Origin: Thermoanaerobaculia bacterium
GTDB lineage: Bacteria > Acidobacteriota > Thermoanaerobaculia > UBA5066
DNA: 64,000 nucleotides
Direction: 5' to 3'
NCBI GenBank assembly: GCA_963719225.1
Contig: CAVRAY010000001.1
Span: 1,760,001 to 1,824,000 of the forward strand
In this document: positions 46,742 to 56,412 of the stretch, piece by piece
Layout of the letters: every line of letters starts with the position of its first letter
How positions within the stretch are numbered: the stretch's first letter is position 1
Notes under the pieces: model-generated
The model's database searches: none
The model's input: only the letters and a program-made list of their open reading frames with translations
Told to the model about the DNA's origin: nothing
Position numbers and translations under genes: made by a program

Positions 46742-48174
46742 GCGCGGAGCTCCGGGCTGTGTCTTCGCACCCCGAGCAGTGGGAGCTCTTCGAGCTCGTG
46801 ACCGAAGGCTCGACCGAGCTGAATGCGCACGTGAAGGCGCACGTCGTCGCCGGCTGCCCGTCGTGCGGCAAGCACCTCGACGACATCCGCACGCTCTCGA
46901 GGGCGCGCGAGATGAAGGAAGAGTTCGACGCCTTCTTCGACGAGCTGCCCCAGGACGACGCCCCGCCCTCCGAGCGCGAGGAGTTCCTCCTCAAGTTCAA
47001 GAAGAAGAACCGCCCCGCCGACCGCCTCGGCCGCCTCTCCCACGACGGCCGCCAGCTCGCGGCGGAAATCGTGAAGGCGGTTTCGGAAGAAGGGCTCGAC
47101 AAGGCGAAGGAGCTGCTTGGGAAGATCGAAGCGGACCCGAGCCGCGGGTACGCGTACCTGTATGCATGCCAGCTTGCAGCGCCGAAAGCTTCCAGTAATC
47201 CTGCGATGTATGTTGAGTTCGCAAAGTGTGTCGCAGAGTCCACGCGTAGCCTTCCCTATCTCGTTGAAAAGGGGCCAGCTCAACCCGTGTGCCGCGAACA
47301 GGTGCTCGGAGAGGCCGGGCTTTTGGAGTCAAACGCTCTGAACTTCCTCGGAGAGCCAACCGCAGCGCGAAAGGCGGCACAAAAAGCGCGCCTGAGTTTC
47401 GTCGAGGCCAACGAGGACAGTTTCGCTCTCGCGCTTGTGGATTATTTCGAAGGGTCAGCGGCCACGTTCGAGGGCGACTTCAATGCAGCCTGGAAGCTCT
47501 TGAAGGCCGCGCGTGCGGAGTTCCAGATCTTTGGGCAGGAGAACTGGCAGGGCCGAAGCGACGCCTCACTCGGAACGGTGATGCTCGGTAGGGGCAAGAA
47601 CGAGTCGGCCGTGTATTTCTTCGAAAGTGCGTTGCGGAACCTCCATCCGGTACTCGACGAAGCAGCTTACGCGAATACGGTGATCAACCGCGGTGCTTCG
47701 CTGGTGAGTCTCGGCCGCCTGGACGCGGCGAAGTCTGCTTTCGCCAAGGGCCTCGTGTTTGCTCGTCGCCTGAATCTCAAGGTCGGGCTCTTCATCATTC
47801 GTTACGGTCTTGCGACAATCGAGCTGCTCCGGAATCATCCTACGAAGGCGTTGGACCTCTTCCAGCGAATTCGCGAGGATGCGAGACGCGAAGGCTTCTC
47901 CGCGCGTGTCCTCTCGGCTGATCTTCGGATCGCCGAGTGCCTGGGTCGACTTGGACGTGCCGAAGAGATGACCGAGTGCTTGAGCGAACTCCGTAATTCG
48001 GAGTTGATAGGTGTTGCGGGCTTTGATTCAGGCCTCCGTGAGCTCTTCGCTACCGTGGATCAGGAAGCGGTTTCGACCGATCTTCTGGCGCATGTCGCCC
48101 GGTTCGTTGAGGGCCACGATCGCGGTTCGCGCGCTGCTTACAAACCATACCGTCTGGTTGCGAACGGAAGTTGA
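46738..48174 (+). CDS. Soluble protein with N-terminal Zn-finger (HxxxxCxxC, ZAS-like) and TPR-like helical repeats
   Basis: HVVAGCPSC; repeats such as NRGASLVSLGRLDAAKSAFAKGL; GTGA overlap with the sigma gene; no obvious TM helix. Confidence 0.75.
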   Translation: MSAELRAVSSHPEQWELFELVTEGSTELNAHVKAHVVAGCPSCGKHLDDIRTLSRAREMKEEFDAFFDELPQDDAPPSEREEFLLKFKKKNRPADRLGRLSHDGRQLAAEIVKAVSEEGLDKAKELLGKIEADPSRGYAYLYACQLAAPKASSNPAMYVEFAKCVAESTRSLPYLVEKGPAQPVCREQVLGEAGLLESNALNFLGEPTAARKAAQKARLSFVEANEDSFALALVDYFEGSAATFEGDFNAAWKLLKAARAEFQIFGQENWQGRSDASLGTVMLGRGKNESAVYFFESALRNLHPVLDEAAYANTVINRGASLVSLGRLDAAKSAFAKGLVFARRLNLKVGLFIIRYGLATIELLRNHPTKALDLFQRIREDARREGFSARVLSADLRIAECLGRLGRAEEMTECLSELRNSELIGVAGFDSGLRELFATVDQEAVSTDLLAHVARFVEGHDRGSRAAYKPYRLVANGS

Positions 48175-48211
48175 TCGTTCTCTAAACATCGTTCATAGAC
48201 AGGGGGCCGAG

Positions 48212-48295
48212 GTGCCATGAACCGGGTACCTCACATGATTTCTTTTAAGAGGGGGGTCAAAGGTGTGCCCCCGTCTGTCCGTGTATATAGCCCAC
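48212..48295 (+). promoter_or_regulatory. Promoter-like repeat copy 1 (putative ECF promoter plus operator)
   Basis: GTGCC-N8-GGTAC...GGGGGTCAAAG-N12-CTGTCC-N7-TAGCCCAC. Confidence 0.6.
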
Positions 48296-48361
48296 AGCTG
48301 GACAACCACAGCACTAACCAATTGTTGGTGATCCGTTAGCGCGGAGCACCAGGAGGACGTA

Positions 48362-48487
48362 ATGAGAGAGTTCGATTGTGAGTTCAGCTTGTTTTCATAT
48401 TTCATTGATCTACTTGGACTTAAGGGTAGTTCCTCGGAGGACGCGTCCGGCACGTGCAACATCAACGCCGGACCCATCGGCGCCTGA
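48362..48487 (+). CDS. 41-aa peptide MREFDCEFSLFSYFIDLLGLKGSSSEDASGTCNINAGPIGA (absent from ORF track)
   Basis: Perfect AGGAGG at 48351-48356; follows repeat copy 1; imperfect hairpin after the stop (~48512-48535). Confidence 0.7.
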   Translation: MREFDCEFSLFSYFIDLLGLKGSSSEDASGTCNINAGPIGA

Positions 48488-48587
48488 CAACTAATTCCCA
48501 ATAACTAACCAACAGGCTGGCTTGGCTAGCCCTGTGCAAGGTGTGTTTGCGCGTGAAATCGCGCGTTTTCGTGTTCTTGGCTGGTCA

Positions 48588-48670
48588 GTGCCCCGAATTG
48601 GGTACTCGAAAAAAAATCTTTGGTAAGGGGGTCAAAGCTGCGTGGCGGCCTGTCCTTACTATTAGCCCAC
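48588..48670 (+). promoter_or_regulatory. Promoter-like repeat copy 2
   Basis: Same blocks and same N8/N12/N7 spacing as copy 1. Confidence 0.6.
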
Positions 48671-48739
48671 CCTTAGACGAACCCTCGCCCAAGCTGGTGG
48701 ACATTCGAGCAAATGAAGCCGCTGGTTCCCCTTGGCCGC

Positions 48740-48862
48740 TCACGCCGGCGCCGAGGCGGATGTCTCCGCCCCTCGCCCCGCGTACCGCGCGATGCCGTTT
48801 CCGAACGACCAGCTCTCCTTCGGGACCTCGACGAGGTTCACGAGGACGTCCTCTTCCCTGAA
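48740..48862 (-). pseudogene. C-terminal fragment of a tautomerase-family gene
   Basis: Manual translation REEDVLVNLVEVPKESWSFGNGIARYA; the 5' part is missing. Confidence 0.65.
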
Positions 48863-48927
48863 CCCAGCGTAAACGCCCCCACGGTCCGATACGATCCAGC
48901 GACCGCCAGCGCGTATCATCGCTTTGG

Positions 48928-49170
48928 ATGCCGACCGTTCTTCGAGATGGTCCCTGGCGCTTCTACTTCTTTAGTCACGAACCGAATGAACCTCCTCACA
49001 TCCACGTTGACCGCGATGATTTGTCGGCCAAGTTCTGGCTCGGACCAGTGGCTCTCGCACGTAATTTCGGATTCAGTGCGAACGAGTTGCGACGGCTCGA
49101 GGCAATCGTGAGGGAGCGCGAAACGTCTTTCCTGGAGGCATGGTATGGGTATTTTGGCCAGCAGCTCTGA
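48928..49170 (+). CDS. DUF4160 protein (putative TA component)
   Basis: MPTVLRDGPWRFYFFSHEPNEPPHIHV...AKFWL. Confidence 0.9.
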   Translation: MPTVLRDGPWRFYFFSHEPNEPPHIHVDRDDLSAKFWLGPVALARNFGFSANELRRLEAIVRERETSFLEAWYGYFGQQL

Positions 49171-49414
49171 CGAACGAGTCACGGGAGTGAGCGTGACGGA
49201 CGATGCCCTCACTGTGTCGCTCGGCGACGGTCGCGTGATTTCCGTGCCTTTGGCATGGTATCCGCGCCTTCTTCACGCGACGGTCGATCAGCGCGCGCGC
49301 TGGCAGGTGAGCGCAGGTGGGTATGGTATCCACTGGCCAGAGATCGATGAAGACCTCTCGGTCGAGGGGCTTCTCAGGGGCGCTCCGGCTCCGCGAACGA
49401 CCGTGAAGGTCTAG
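49145..49414 (+). CDS. DUF2442 protein (putative TA component)
   Basis: DGRVISVPLAWYPRL, GIHWPEIDEDLSVEGLL. Confidence 0.9.
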   Translation: MGILASSSDERVTGVSVTDDALTVSLGDGRVISVPLAWYPRLLHATVDQRARWQVSAGGYGIHWPEIDEDLSVEGLLRGAPAPRTTVKV

Positions 49415-49419
49415 GTACC

Positions 49420-49812
49420 TCACACCAGCTTGTGACCCGCGCGCTGGAGCGCGGCAATCGCCTGGTTCAGGTGGATCTTCTTGACGAGGATGTAGTCCGT
49501 GTCGAACGTCGAGAGGGCGAAGAGGCTGATCTCGGCCTCCGCGAGGGGCTTCGCGAAAGAGGCGAGGACGCCGATCGCGTCGGGCGGGAAAGGGCCGTGG
49601 AGCTTCAGGATAGCCCAGCCGCGCGCGACGCGCAGGTCGAGGCCGTCGAGGACCGGGGGAAGGCGCAGCTCGTCGCAGACGATCGAGAGTTCGTCGTCGG
49701 CCCGGGTGATCGACGTGAAGGCTTTGCCGGCCCAGGCCGGAAGGGGAGCTTTCGCGGACAGGCGGCAGATCGCATAGGAGCCGGGGATCACGGAGAAACG
49801 CTGACCACGCAT
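49420..49812 (-). CDS. ACT-domain protein (ACT_7/CASTOR-like)
   Basis: SITRADDELSIVC, LAEAEISLFALSTFDTDYILV. Confidence 0.88.
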   Translation of the reverse strand: MRGQRFSVIPGSYAICRLSAKAPLPAWAGKAFTSITRADDELSIVCDELRLPPVLDGLDLRVARGWAILKLHGPFPPDAIGVLASFAKPLAEAEISLFALSTFDTDYILVKKIHLNQAIAALQRAGHKLV

Positions 49813-49825
49813 CTTTCCCGTCCGT

Positions 49826-50254
49826 TCACGCGAACGGATTCCGAACGCGAATCGCTCCGAACGACTGCCCGGCGTTGAGGTCTTCCGACCAGATCGTCGC
49901 GCAGCGGAGCTGGCTGGCGCTCTGCAAGATGAGGGCGTCCCAGAGGGAGATACGTTTCTTTCGATGGAGGTCGATGGCCGCGAGGACGTCCGCGCGAACG
50001 GGTTCGTGAAGAGTCCATTGCGAAAGGTCCTCGATCAGCGCGGCGGCTCCCGCTGCCGGCATCGGCTTCGACACCTTGCGGGTGATCGTGACGTAGAGCT
50101 CCTGCAGGACCTGAAGGCTGAGACAGCCCTGCCCGGAGCGCCACAGGCCGGCGACGAGCTCGCGTGCCTGCTCAGCTTTGGCCCCTGCGCCTCCGTCGTA
50201 GGCGTAAACCAGGACGTTCGTGTCGACGAATTCCCGGACCGGTTCAGCGCTCAT
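49826..50254 (-). CDS. PIN-domain (VapC-like) toxin
   Basis: FVDTNVLVYA, QVLQE, SLWDALI, WSEDL. Confidence 0.92.
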   Translation of the reverse strand: MSAEPVREFVDTNVLVYAYDGGAGAKAEQARELVAGLWRSGQGCLSLQVLQELYVTITRKVSKPMPAAGAAALIEDLSQWTLHEPVRADVLAAIDLHRKKRISLWDALILQSASQLRCATIWSEDLNAGQSFGAIRVRNPFA

Positions 50255-50492
50255 GGAGCGAGCCGCGGGTCCACGTGACCTGGCCCCGTGTGCCGAGGTT
50301 CAGAGGCCGCTTCAGCCGCGCGAGCGCGCGCTCGCGAGCCGCGGCATAAGCGTCCTCACGCTCGACGATCTCTTCCAGCATTCCGGCGAGAAGGGCCGAG
50401 ACGGAGGTCTGCCGCTCGACCGCGAGGATCTTCACCTTCCTGAGAACGGGCTTCGGAAGCGCGAGCGTGATGTTCTGGATGGGCTCTTTCAC
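50244..50492 (-). CDS. Ribbon-helix-helix antitoxin
   Basis: QNITLALPKPVLRKVKILAVERQTSVSALL...WTRGSLHER; overlaps the PIN gene. Confidence 0.85.
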   Translation of the reverse strand: MKEPIQNITLALPKPVLRKVKILAVERQTSVSALLAGMLEEIVEREDAYAAARERALARLKRPLNLGTRGQVTWTRGSLHER

Positions 50493-50513
50493 GCGAAAGA
50501 GTGTACCACGCGT

Positions 50514-51197
50514 TTACGTGACTTTCGGTCCTTGCTCGGCCTGGCCCATGTGGTGCTTGATCATCTCGCCCTCGGCGATGTAGATGGCCTCCTCGCCGAT
50601 GTTCGTGGCGAGGTCGCCGACGCGCTCGAGGTTCTTCGAGACGCTCATGATCTCGATCGAGGCGCTGATGAGCGCCGGGTTCTCGGCCATGTAGGTCAGG
50701 AGCTCGCGGATGATGGACTTGTTCTTCTCGTCGAGGATGTCGTCGCGCTTGCAGACGTCGAGGGCGAGCGCGCTGTCTTTCCGGATGAACGCGTCCAGCG
50801 ACTCCTTCAGCATGCCCCGCGCGATCTCGGCCATGTGGGGGATGTCGATCCACGGCTTGAACGGGCGGAAGCGGGAGAGGCGCTCGGCGCTCTCGGCGAT
50901 GTTCACGGCGTGGTCGCCGATCCGCTCGAGGTCAGCGTTGATCTTGAGGGCCGACACGAGGAGGCGCAGGTCCCCCGCGACCGGCTGCTGCGTGGCGAGG
51001 AGGTCGATGGCGTCCTCGTCGTTCCTGATCTCCATCTGGTCGATCACCTTGTCGCGCTCGATGACCTTCCGCGCCTTCGCGGCGTCGGCCTCCACGAGCG
51101 CCTCGACCGCCAGGCGGATCTGGTTCTCGACCTCGGCGCCCATGCCGATGAGCTGCCGGCGCAGGCTCTCGAGCTTCTCGGAAAAATGTTCTTTCAT
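50514..51197 (-). CDS. phoU: Phosphate signalling protein PhoU
   Basis: QQPVAGDLR, DLERIGDHA, NLERVGDLATNI. Confidence 0.96.
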   Translation of the reverse strand: MKEHFSEKLESLRRQLIGMGAEVENQIRLAVEALVEADAAKARKVIERDKVIDQMEIRNDEDAIDLLATQQPVAGDLRLLVSALKINADLERIGDHAVNIAESAERLSRFRPFKPWIDIPHMAEIARGMLKESLDAFIRKDSALALDVCKRDDILDEKNKSIIRELLTYMAENPALISASIEIMSVSKNLERVGDLATNIGEEAIYIAEGEMIKHHMGQAEQGPKVT

Positions 51198-53023
51198 GAG
51201 GTCTCCTTGGTGCGTTCCAGGGCGACGTCGCGCGGCACCGCCGCCGGCAGCGTGACGGTGAAGCGGCTGCCCTTGCCCGATTCGGACTCCACGCGGATCG
51301 TGCCGCCGTGGAGGATGAGGAGGTGCTTGACGATCGCGAGCCCGAGGCCCGTGCCCGGGACGGACTTCGCGCGGGACGGATCCACGCGGTAGAAGCGCTG
51401 GAAAATGCGGTCCTGCTCGGTGCGCGGGATGCCGATGCCGCGATCCACGACGTGGACGACGACGAAAGACGTGTGCCCGGGGCCGATCGGTATTCCACCC
51501 TCGGCGAGGACGTCGACGCGCTGGCCGGCGGAAGAGAATTTGACGGCGTTGTCCACGAGGTTGCGGAAGACCTGCGAGAGCCGGCGGCGGTCGCCGACGA
51601 TCTCGAGATCCTCGCTCGCCTCGACGGCGACAGACACGCCGCGCGCGTCCGCGGCCGGGGCGAGGTCGCGCACGACGGAGCTGAGGAGCGGCTGCAGGGG
51701 AATGCGCTCGAGCGCCAGCGTCACGGCACCGGACTCGATCTGCGAGAGGTCCGTGAGGTCCGAGACGAGCGCCTCCATCTCCGACGACTGCCGCTCGAGG
51801 ATGCTCATGAGCCGCGCGAGGTCGGGCGGGAGGTCGCTCTCGCCGGCGAGCGTCTCGACGGCTGCGCGGATCGCCGCGATCGGGGTCCGGAGCTCGTGGG
51901 AGACGTCCGAGACGAAGCGCCGCCTCATCGACTCCGTGCGGTCGCGCTCGGTCACGTCCCGGACGACGCCGACGGCGGCGGGCTCGCCGGCCGCCTTGCC
52001 GTGGGGGACGGCGCGGACGTTCACCTCGAGGACCTGCTCGGGCGAGGTCTCCCCGCCGAGGCGGAGGACGGCCGTCTCCTCGGACGAAGACTCGCCCCGG
52101 ATCCCGGCCGCGAAGAGCCGGAGCGTCTCCGGGTCGCGCACGAGATCCACGAGCGCGTGCCGCGGAGCGCCGGCGGGCGCGCGGAGGAGGGCCAGGGCGG
52201 CCGGGTTCGCGTCGAGGAGCGCGAGAGTCCGGTCCACGACGACGAGCCCGACCGGGACCTGCTCGAAGACGGTGCGCGCGAGAAGACGCGCCCTCTCGCT
52301 GCCCTCGCGTTCCGCTGAGACGAGACGGGCGAAGCGCGCGAGCGCGAGGAAGACCTCCTGCGTCTCCTCAGATCCGCCCGCGGGCGGCACGGGGTGGCGG
52401 CCAGCCGCGGCGTCGGCGACGCCTGCGCGCACGCGCTCGAGGTCGTTCGCGTGGCGCTGGCGGATGACGATGACGAACAGCCCGACGAGGAGCCCCGCCG
52501 CGAGCGACACCTGATAGAGCGTGTCCCGGAACGGCGTCTCGAGGAGGTCGAGCTCGTTCTGGCTGACCGCGAGCCGCAGATAGCCGTACGGGGCCGCCTC
52601 CGGTCCCACCCGGCGCGCGACGTAGACGAAGGGCTCGAGAACCGTGGCGGACGTTCTCGCGCCGAAGCCGATCCCGTCTCGCCGCGCTGCGAGAACCTCC
52701 GGGCGCGAGGCGTGATTTTCGAGGCGCTCGAGGCGCTCGGGCGGGACCTCGCTGTCGCCGAGCACCGCCCCGTCGGCGGCGATGAGCGTCACGCGCGCAC
52801 CGGCCTGGCGGGCCGCCTGCAGGACCCGGTCGACGGGGTGAGACTGGGTCCTGAGGTCCCCCTCGAATTCGGGCGAAAGACGCTCGAGCTTCTCGACGAG
52901 CTCGCGCCGGCTGTTCCCTTTCACGACGGAGTCCAGAACGCGCGAGAGGGCGAATGCGAAGACGCCTCCGAGGACGACTCCGAGGAGGACCGGCACGAGC
53001 GAGCGGCGCAGGATCCGGCTCAT
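51194..53023 (-). CDS. phoR: Phosphate regulon sensor kinase
   Basis: ENHASRPEV, FVSDVSHELRTP, NLVDNAVKF, FYRVD, GTGLGL. Confidence 0.9.
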   Translation of the reverse strand: MSRILRRSLVPVLLGVVLGGVFAFALSRVLDSVVKGNSRRELVEKLERLSPEFEGDLRTQSHPVDRVLQAARQAGARVTLIAADGAVLGDSEVPPERLERLENHASRPEVLAARRDGIGFGARTSATVLEPFVYVARRVGPEAAPYGYLRLAVSQNELDLLETPFRDTLYQVSLAAGLLVGLFVIVIRQRHANDLERVRAGVADAAAGRHPVPPAGGSEETQEVFLALARFARLVSAEREGSERARLLARTVFEQVPVGLVVVDRTLALLDANPAALALLRAPAGAPRHALVDLVRDPETLRLFAAGIRGESSSEETAVLRLGGETSPEQVLEVNVRAVPHGKAAGEPAAVGVVRDVTERDRTESMRRRFVSDVSHELRTPIAAIRAAVETLAGESDLPPDLARLMSILERQSSEMEALVSDLTDLSQIESGAVTLALERIPLQPLLSSVVRDLAPAADARGVSVAVEASEDLEIVGDRRRLSQVFRNLVDNAVKFSSAGQRVDVLAEGGIPIGPGHTSFVVVHVVDRGIGIPRTEQDRIFQRFYRVDPSRAKSVPGTGLGLAIVKHLLILHGGTIRVESESGKGSRFTVTLPAAVPRDVALERTKETS

Positions 53024-53733
53024 CGCGCGAACTTGTATCCCACGCCGACGACGGTCTCGATCACGCCGTCGCCGATCTTCTTGCGGAGCGAACGAATGTG
53101 GACGTCCACGGTGCGCGTCTCGATCTCGGCGGCGTAGTCCCAGAGCCGGTTCAGGATCGTCTCGCGCGACACGACGCGTCCTCCGCTCCGGATCAGGAGC
53201 CAGAGGAGGTCGAACTCCTTCTTCGTGAGATGGACGGCGTTCCCTTCGCTCTCCACGGTGTGGCGCGCCCGGTCGATGCGGAGATGGCCGTCGTCGTAGA
53301 CGTCGTCCGGCGACTGAGGAGCCGCGGCGCGGCGGAGGTGCGCCGCGATGCGGGCGAGAAGCTCCTTCATCGAAAAAGGCTTCGTGACGTAGTCGTCCGC
53401 GCCCAGCTCGAAGCCGAGCAGCTTGTCGCGCTCTTCCACGCGCGCCGTGAGCATGATGATCGGGACCCGGCGCGTCTCCTCGTGCTTCTTCAGCTCGCGG
53501 CAGATCGTGAGGCCGTCCACGTCGGGCAGGTTCAGGTCCAGGACGATCAGGTCCGGAGGGCGCACGAGAAGCTCGTCGAGGGCCACGAGGCCGCCGGCGA
53601 AACGCTCGATCTCGTACCGGCCGTCCTTCTTGAGGTTGTAGACGAGCGTGAACGCGAGGTCCTCGTCGTCCTCCACGATGGCGATCCGAGGCCGCGAGGA
53701 CGGGGCACCCGCAGGCGCCGTCTCTCCCCTCAT
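53020..53733 (-). CDS. phoB: Phosphate regulon response regulator (OmpR family)
   Basis: [34 protein letters not shown]; pst context. Confidence 0.88.
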   Translation of the reverse strand: MRGETAPAGAPSSRPRIAIVEDDEDLAFTLVYNLKKDGRYEIERFAGGLVALDELLVRPPDLIVLDLNLPDVDGLTICRELKKHEETRRVPIIMLTARVEERDKLLGFELGADDYVTKPFSMKELLARIAAHLRRAAAPQSPDDVYDDGHLRIDRARHTVESEGNAVHLTKKEFDLLWLLIRSGGRVVSRETILNRLWDYAAEIETRTVDVHIRSLRKKIGDGVIETVVGVGYKFAR

Positions 53734-54578
53734 CCAAATCTCCCCGTTATGTAGTCTTCAGTAGTCTTTTGCCGGGGCTTCGTGAAGATGATCTCGGTCT
53801 TGTCGAACTCGATGAGCTTGCCGAGCATGAAGAAGCCCGTCTCTTCCGATACGCGCGCGGCCTGCTGCATGTTGTGCGTCACGACGACGATGGTATAGCG
53901 CTCCTTGAGCTCGAAGATGAGCTCCTCGACTTTGCTCGTCGCGATCGGATCGAGCGCCGAGCAGGGCTCGTCCATCAGGAGGATCTCCGGCTCGACCGCG
54001 AGAGCGCGCGCGATGCAGAGGCGCTGCTGCTGGCCGCCGGAGAGGCCGAGGGCCGACGTCTTGAGGCGGTCCTTGACCTCGTCCCACAGGGCCGCGCGCA
54101 CGAGCGCCGACTCGACGCGCTCCGTGAGCTCCGAGCCGCTGAGGGCGCTGTTGATCCTCAGTCCGTAAGCCACGTTGTCGTAGATCGACTTCGGGAACGG
54201 ATTCGACTTCTGGAAGACCATGCCGACGCGCCGACGGAGGTCGACGATGTCGATGTCGGACCCGTAGATCTCGCGCCCGTCGAGAAGGACGTTCCCCTCG
54301 ACCCGCGTGTCGGGGATGATGTCGTTCATCCGGTTCAGGCACCTCAGGAACGTCGACTTGCCGCAGCCGGAGGGCCCGATGAATGCGGTCACCGACTTCT
54401 CGCGGATGGAGATCGAGATGTCGTGAAGCGCCTGGTTCGGCCCGTAGAAAAAGTCGAGATGTCGCGCCTCCATCCGGACGGGAAAGGAGGCGCTCTCTGC
54501 CGTCGCCGGGCGGGCGACGGCGGGAGCCGGCTTCACGAGGGTGTCGGCAGCTCTGTCGGGCACAGCGGTCTCCATCAT
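53730..54578 (-). CDS. pstB: Phosphate ABC transporter ATPase
   Basis: [33 protein letters not shown]. Confidence 0.97.
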   Translation of the reverse strand: MMETAVPDRAADTLVKPAPAVARPATAESASFPVRMEARHLDFFYGPNQALHDISISIREKSVTAFIGPSGCGKSTFLRCLNRMNDIIPDTRVEGNVLLDGREIYGSDIDIVDLRRRVGMVFQKSNPFPKSIYDNVAYGLRINSALSGSELTERVESALVRAALWDEVKDRLKTSALGLSGGQQQRLCIARALAVEPEILLMDEPCSALDPIATSKVEELIFELKERYTIVVVTHNMQQAARVSEETGFFMLGKLIEFDKTEIIFTKPRQKTTEDYITGRFG

Positions 54579-55423
54579 GTGCGATGCATCCTCTCGAGGC
54601 GCTTCGTGACGACGCGGGCGAGGACCGAGAACAGGAAGACGACCGAAACGAGGACGAGCGCGCCGGCCCACGCCTGCCGGTGCCAGTCTTCGTAGGGCGA
54701 GATCGCGTACGTGTAGATCTGCACGGTCAGGGACGCGATCGGCTGCGAGAGCGTCGTCGACCAGAATCGGTTCGAGAAAGACGTGAAGAGAAGGGGCGCC
54801 GTCTCTCCCGAGATGCGCGCGAGCGAGACGAGGATCCCGGTCATGATGCCCGGGAGCGCCGCCGGGAGCATGACCGTGAAGGCGGCGCGCGAGCGGGTAG
54901 CCCCGAGAGCGAGGGCGCCTTCGCGGAGCGTCGGGGGGACGAGGTTGAGAAGCTCCTCGGTCGTCCGCGTGATGATCGGGATCATCATGAAGCCGAGCGC
55001 GATGCCGCCGGCCAGGGCGCTGAAGTGCTTGACGGGCAGGACGACGAGCGCGTACGCGAAGATCCCGATCACGATGGACGGGATCCCGTTCAGGACGTCC
55101 GCGGTGAACCGGACCGCCGTCGCGAGCCGGGATTTCGGGTATTCGGAGAGGTAGATTCCGGACACGAGGCCGACGGGAATCGCGAGGAGCGAGGCGAGGC
55201 CGATCAAGGTGAGCGTGCCGACGATCGCGTTCGCCATGCCGCCGCCCAGCTCGCCGACGGGCTTCGGCATCTTCGTGAAGAAGTCCCAGCTGAGGGACGA
55301 GAAGCCCTGCTTCAGGACGTAGAAGAAGACGAGGAAGAGTGGAACGAGCGCGAGCGCGACGGACGCGGCACAGAGCCCGACGACGGCGTTCGAGAGGAGC
55401 TTGCGCCGGGAATTGCGGCTCAA
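54575..55423 (-). CDS. pstA: Phosphate ABC permease
   Basis: [28 protein letters not shown]. Confidence 0.96.
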   Translation of the reverse strand: MSRNSRRKLLSNAVVGLCAASVALALVPLFLVFFYVLKQGFSSLSWDFFTKMPKPVGELGGGMANAIVGTLTLIGLASLLAIPVGLVSGIYLSEYPKSRLATAVRFTADVLNGIPSIVIGIFAYALVVLPVKHFSALAGGIALGFMMIPIITRTTEELLNLVPPTLREGALALGATRSRAAFTVMLPAALPGIMTGILVSLARISGETAPLLFTSFSNRFWSTTLSQPIASLTVQIYTYAISPYEDWHRQAWAGALVLVSVVFLFSVLARVVTKRLERMHRT

Positions 55424-56388
55424 GCGGCTTCACCAACCGGCAGCGCCGCCGCCTTCGGCGCCTCCACCCTGACCTCGCGGTTGACGCTCCAGATCAGGAA
55501 GCGTGACGCGGCGTTGATGAGGAGCGTGATCGCGAAGAGCACGAGCCCGATCTCGACGAGGGCGGACAGGTAGAGGTCGTCCGCGGCTTCCGTGAACTCG
55601 TTCGCGATGACGGCGGCCATCGTGTACTGCGGCGCGAAGAGCGACCAGATGACCTTCGGGCTGTTGCCGATCACCATCGTGACGGCCATCGTCTCCCCGA
55701 TCGCGCGGCCGAGGCCGAGGATGACGGCCCCGGCGACGCCGGTCCGCCCGTATCGCAAGGCGACCTGGATCGCCTCCCAGCGCGTCGCGCCGAGCGCATA
55801 AGCGGCCTCACGCTGCGTCGCGGGCACGGCCTTGAGGACCTCGCGCGCGACGGAGGACGTGAACGGAATGATCATGACCGCGAGGATCAGGGCGGCGGAG
55901 AGCATCCCGACGCCGAGCGGCGGGCCGGAGAAGAGCGGAAGGCTTCGGGCCCAGGCGGGGGTGAGAATCTCGAGCTTCCGCACGAGCGGAACGAGGACGA
56001 AGACACCCCAGAGGCCGTAGACGATGGAGGGAATGGCGGCGAGGAGCTCGGTCAGGAATGCGAGAGGAGTCCTCAGGAATCGCGGCGAGAGCTCCGAGAG
56101 GAAGATCGCGATCCCGAGCGCGACGGGCGTCGAGATCAGGAGAGCGAGAAAGGAGGAGTAGAGCGTGCCCCAGATGAACGGCAGAGCGCCGAAGTCTCCG
56201 GCGACGGGATCCCACGTCTTCGTCCTCCAGAAGTTGAATCCGAATTCCACGATCGAAAGACGCGACTCACGCCAGAGGACGAACGCGATCCCCGCGACGA
56301 GAAGCACGACGAGCGCCGCGAAGAAGCCGGTCCCGACGCGGAAACCGAGATCCTCGCCTTTCCGTCGCGGGTACGGGCTTTTCGGCAT
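55420..56388 (-). CDS. pstC: Phosphate ABC permease
   Basis: [30 protein letters not shown]. Confidence 0.96.
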   Translation of the reverse strand: MPKSPYPRRKGEDLGFRVGTGFFAALVVLLVAGIAFVLWRESRLSIVEFGFNFWRTKTWDPVAGDFGALPFIWGTLYSSFLALLISTPVALGIAIFLSELSPRFLRTPLAFLTELLAAIPSIVYGLWGVFVLVPLVRKLEILTPAWARSLPLFSGPPLGVGMLSAALILAVMIIPFTSSVAREVLKAVPATQREAAYALGATRWEAIQVALRYGRTGVAGAVILGLGRAIGETMAVTMVIGNSPKVIWSLFAPQYTMAAVIANEFTEAADDLYLSALVEIGLVLFAITLLINAASRFLIWSVNREVRVEAPKAAALPVGEAA

Positions 56389-56412
56389 CGCGTGCTCCTC
56401 CGGATTCCGGAG

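Noticed and set aside
48362-48487. RiPP precursor interpretation of the 41-aa peptide
   Set aside because: No modifying enzyme, RRE protein or dedicated exporter nearby; cannot be excluded if these act in trans
48212-48670. CRISPR or integron attC interpretation of the repeats
   Set aside because: Only two degenerate copies 376 bp apart; no cas or intI genes; no attC R/L box structure recognised
48713-49111. 132-aa plus-strand ORF after repeat copy 2
   Set aside because: Weak RBS; runs antisense through the tautomerase scar and out of frame over DUF4160
48225-49424. 11-bp direct repeat GGTACCTCACA at 48225 and 49414 as possible att sites or target duplication
   Set aside because: Short, no recombinase nearby, and the first copy is part of the promoter repeat; chance cannot be excluded
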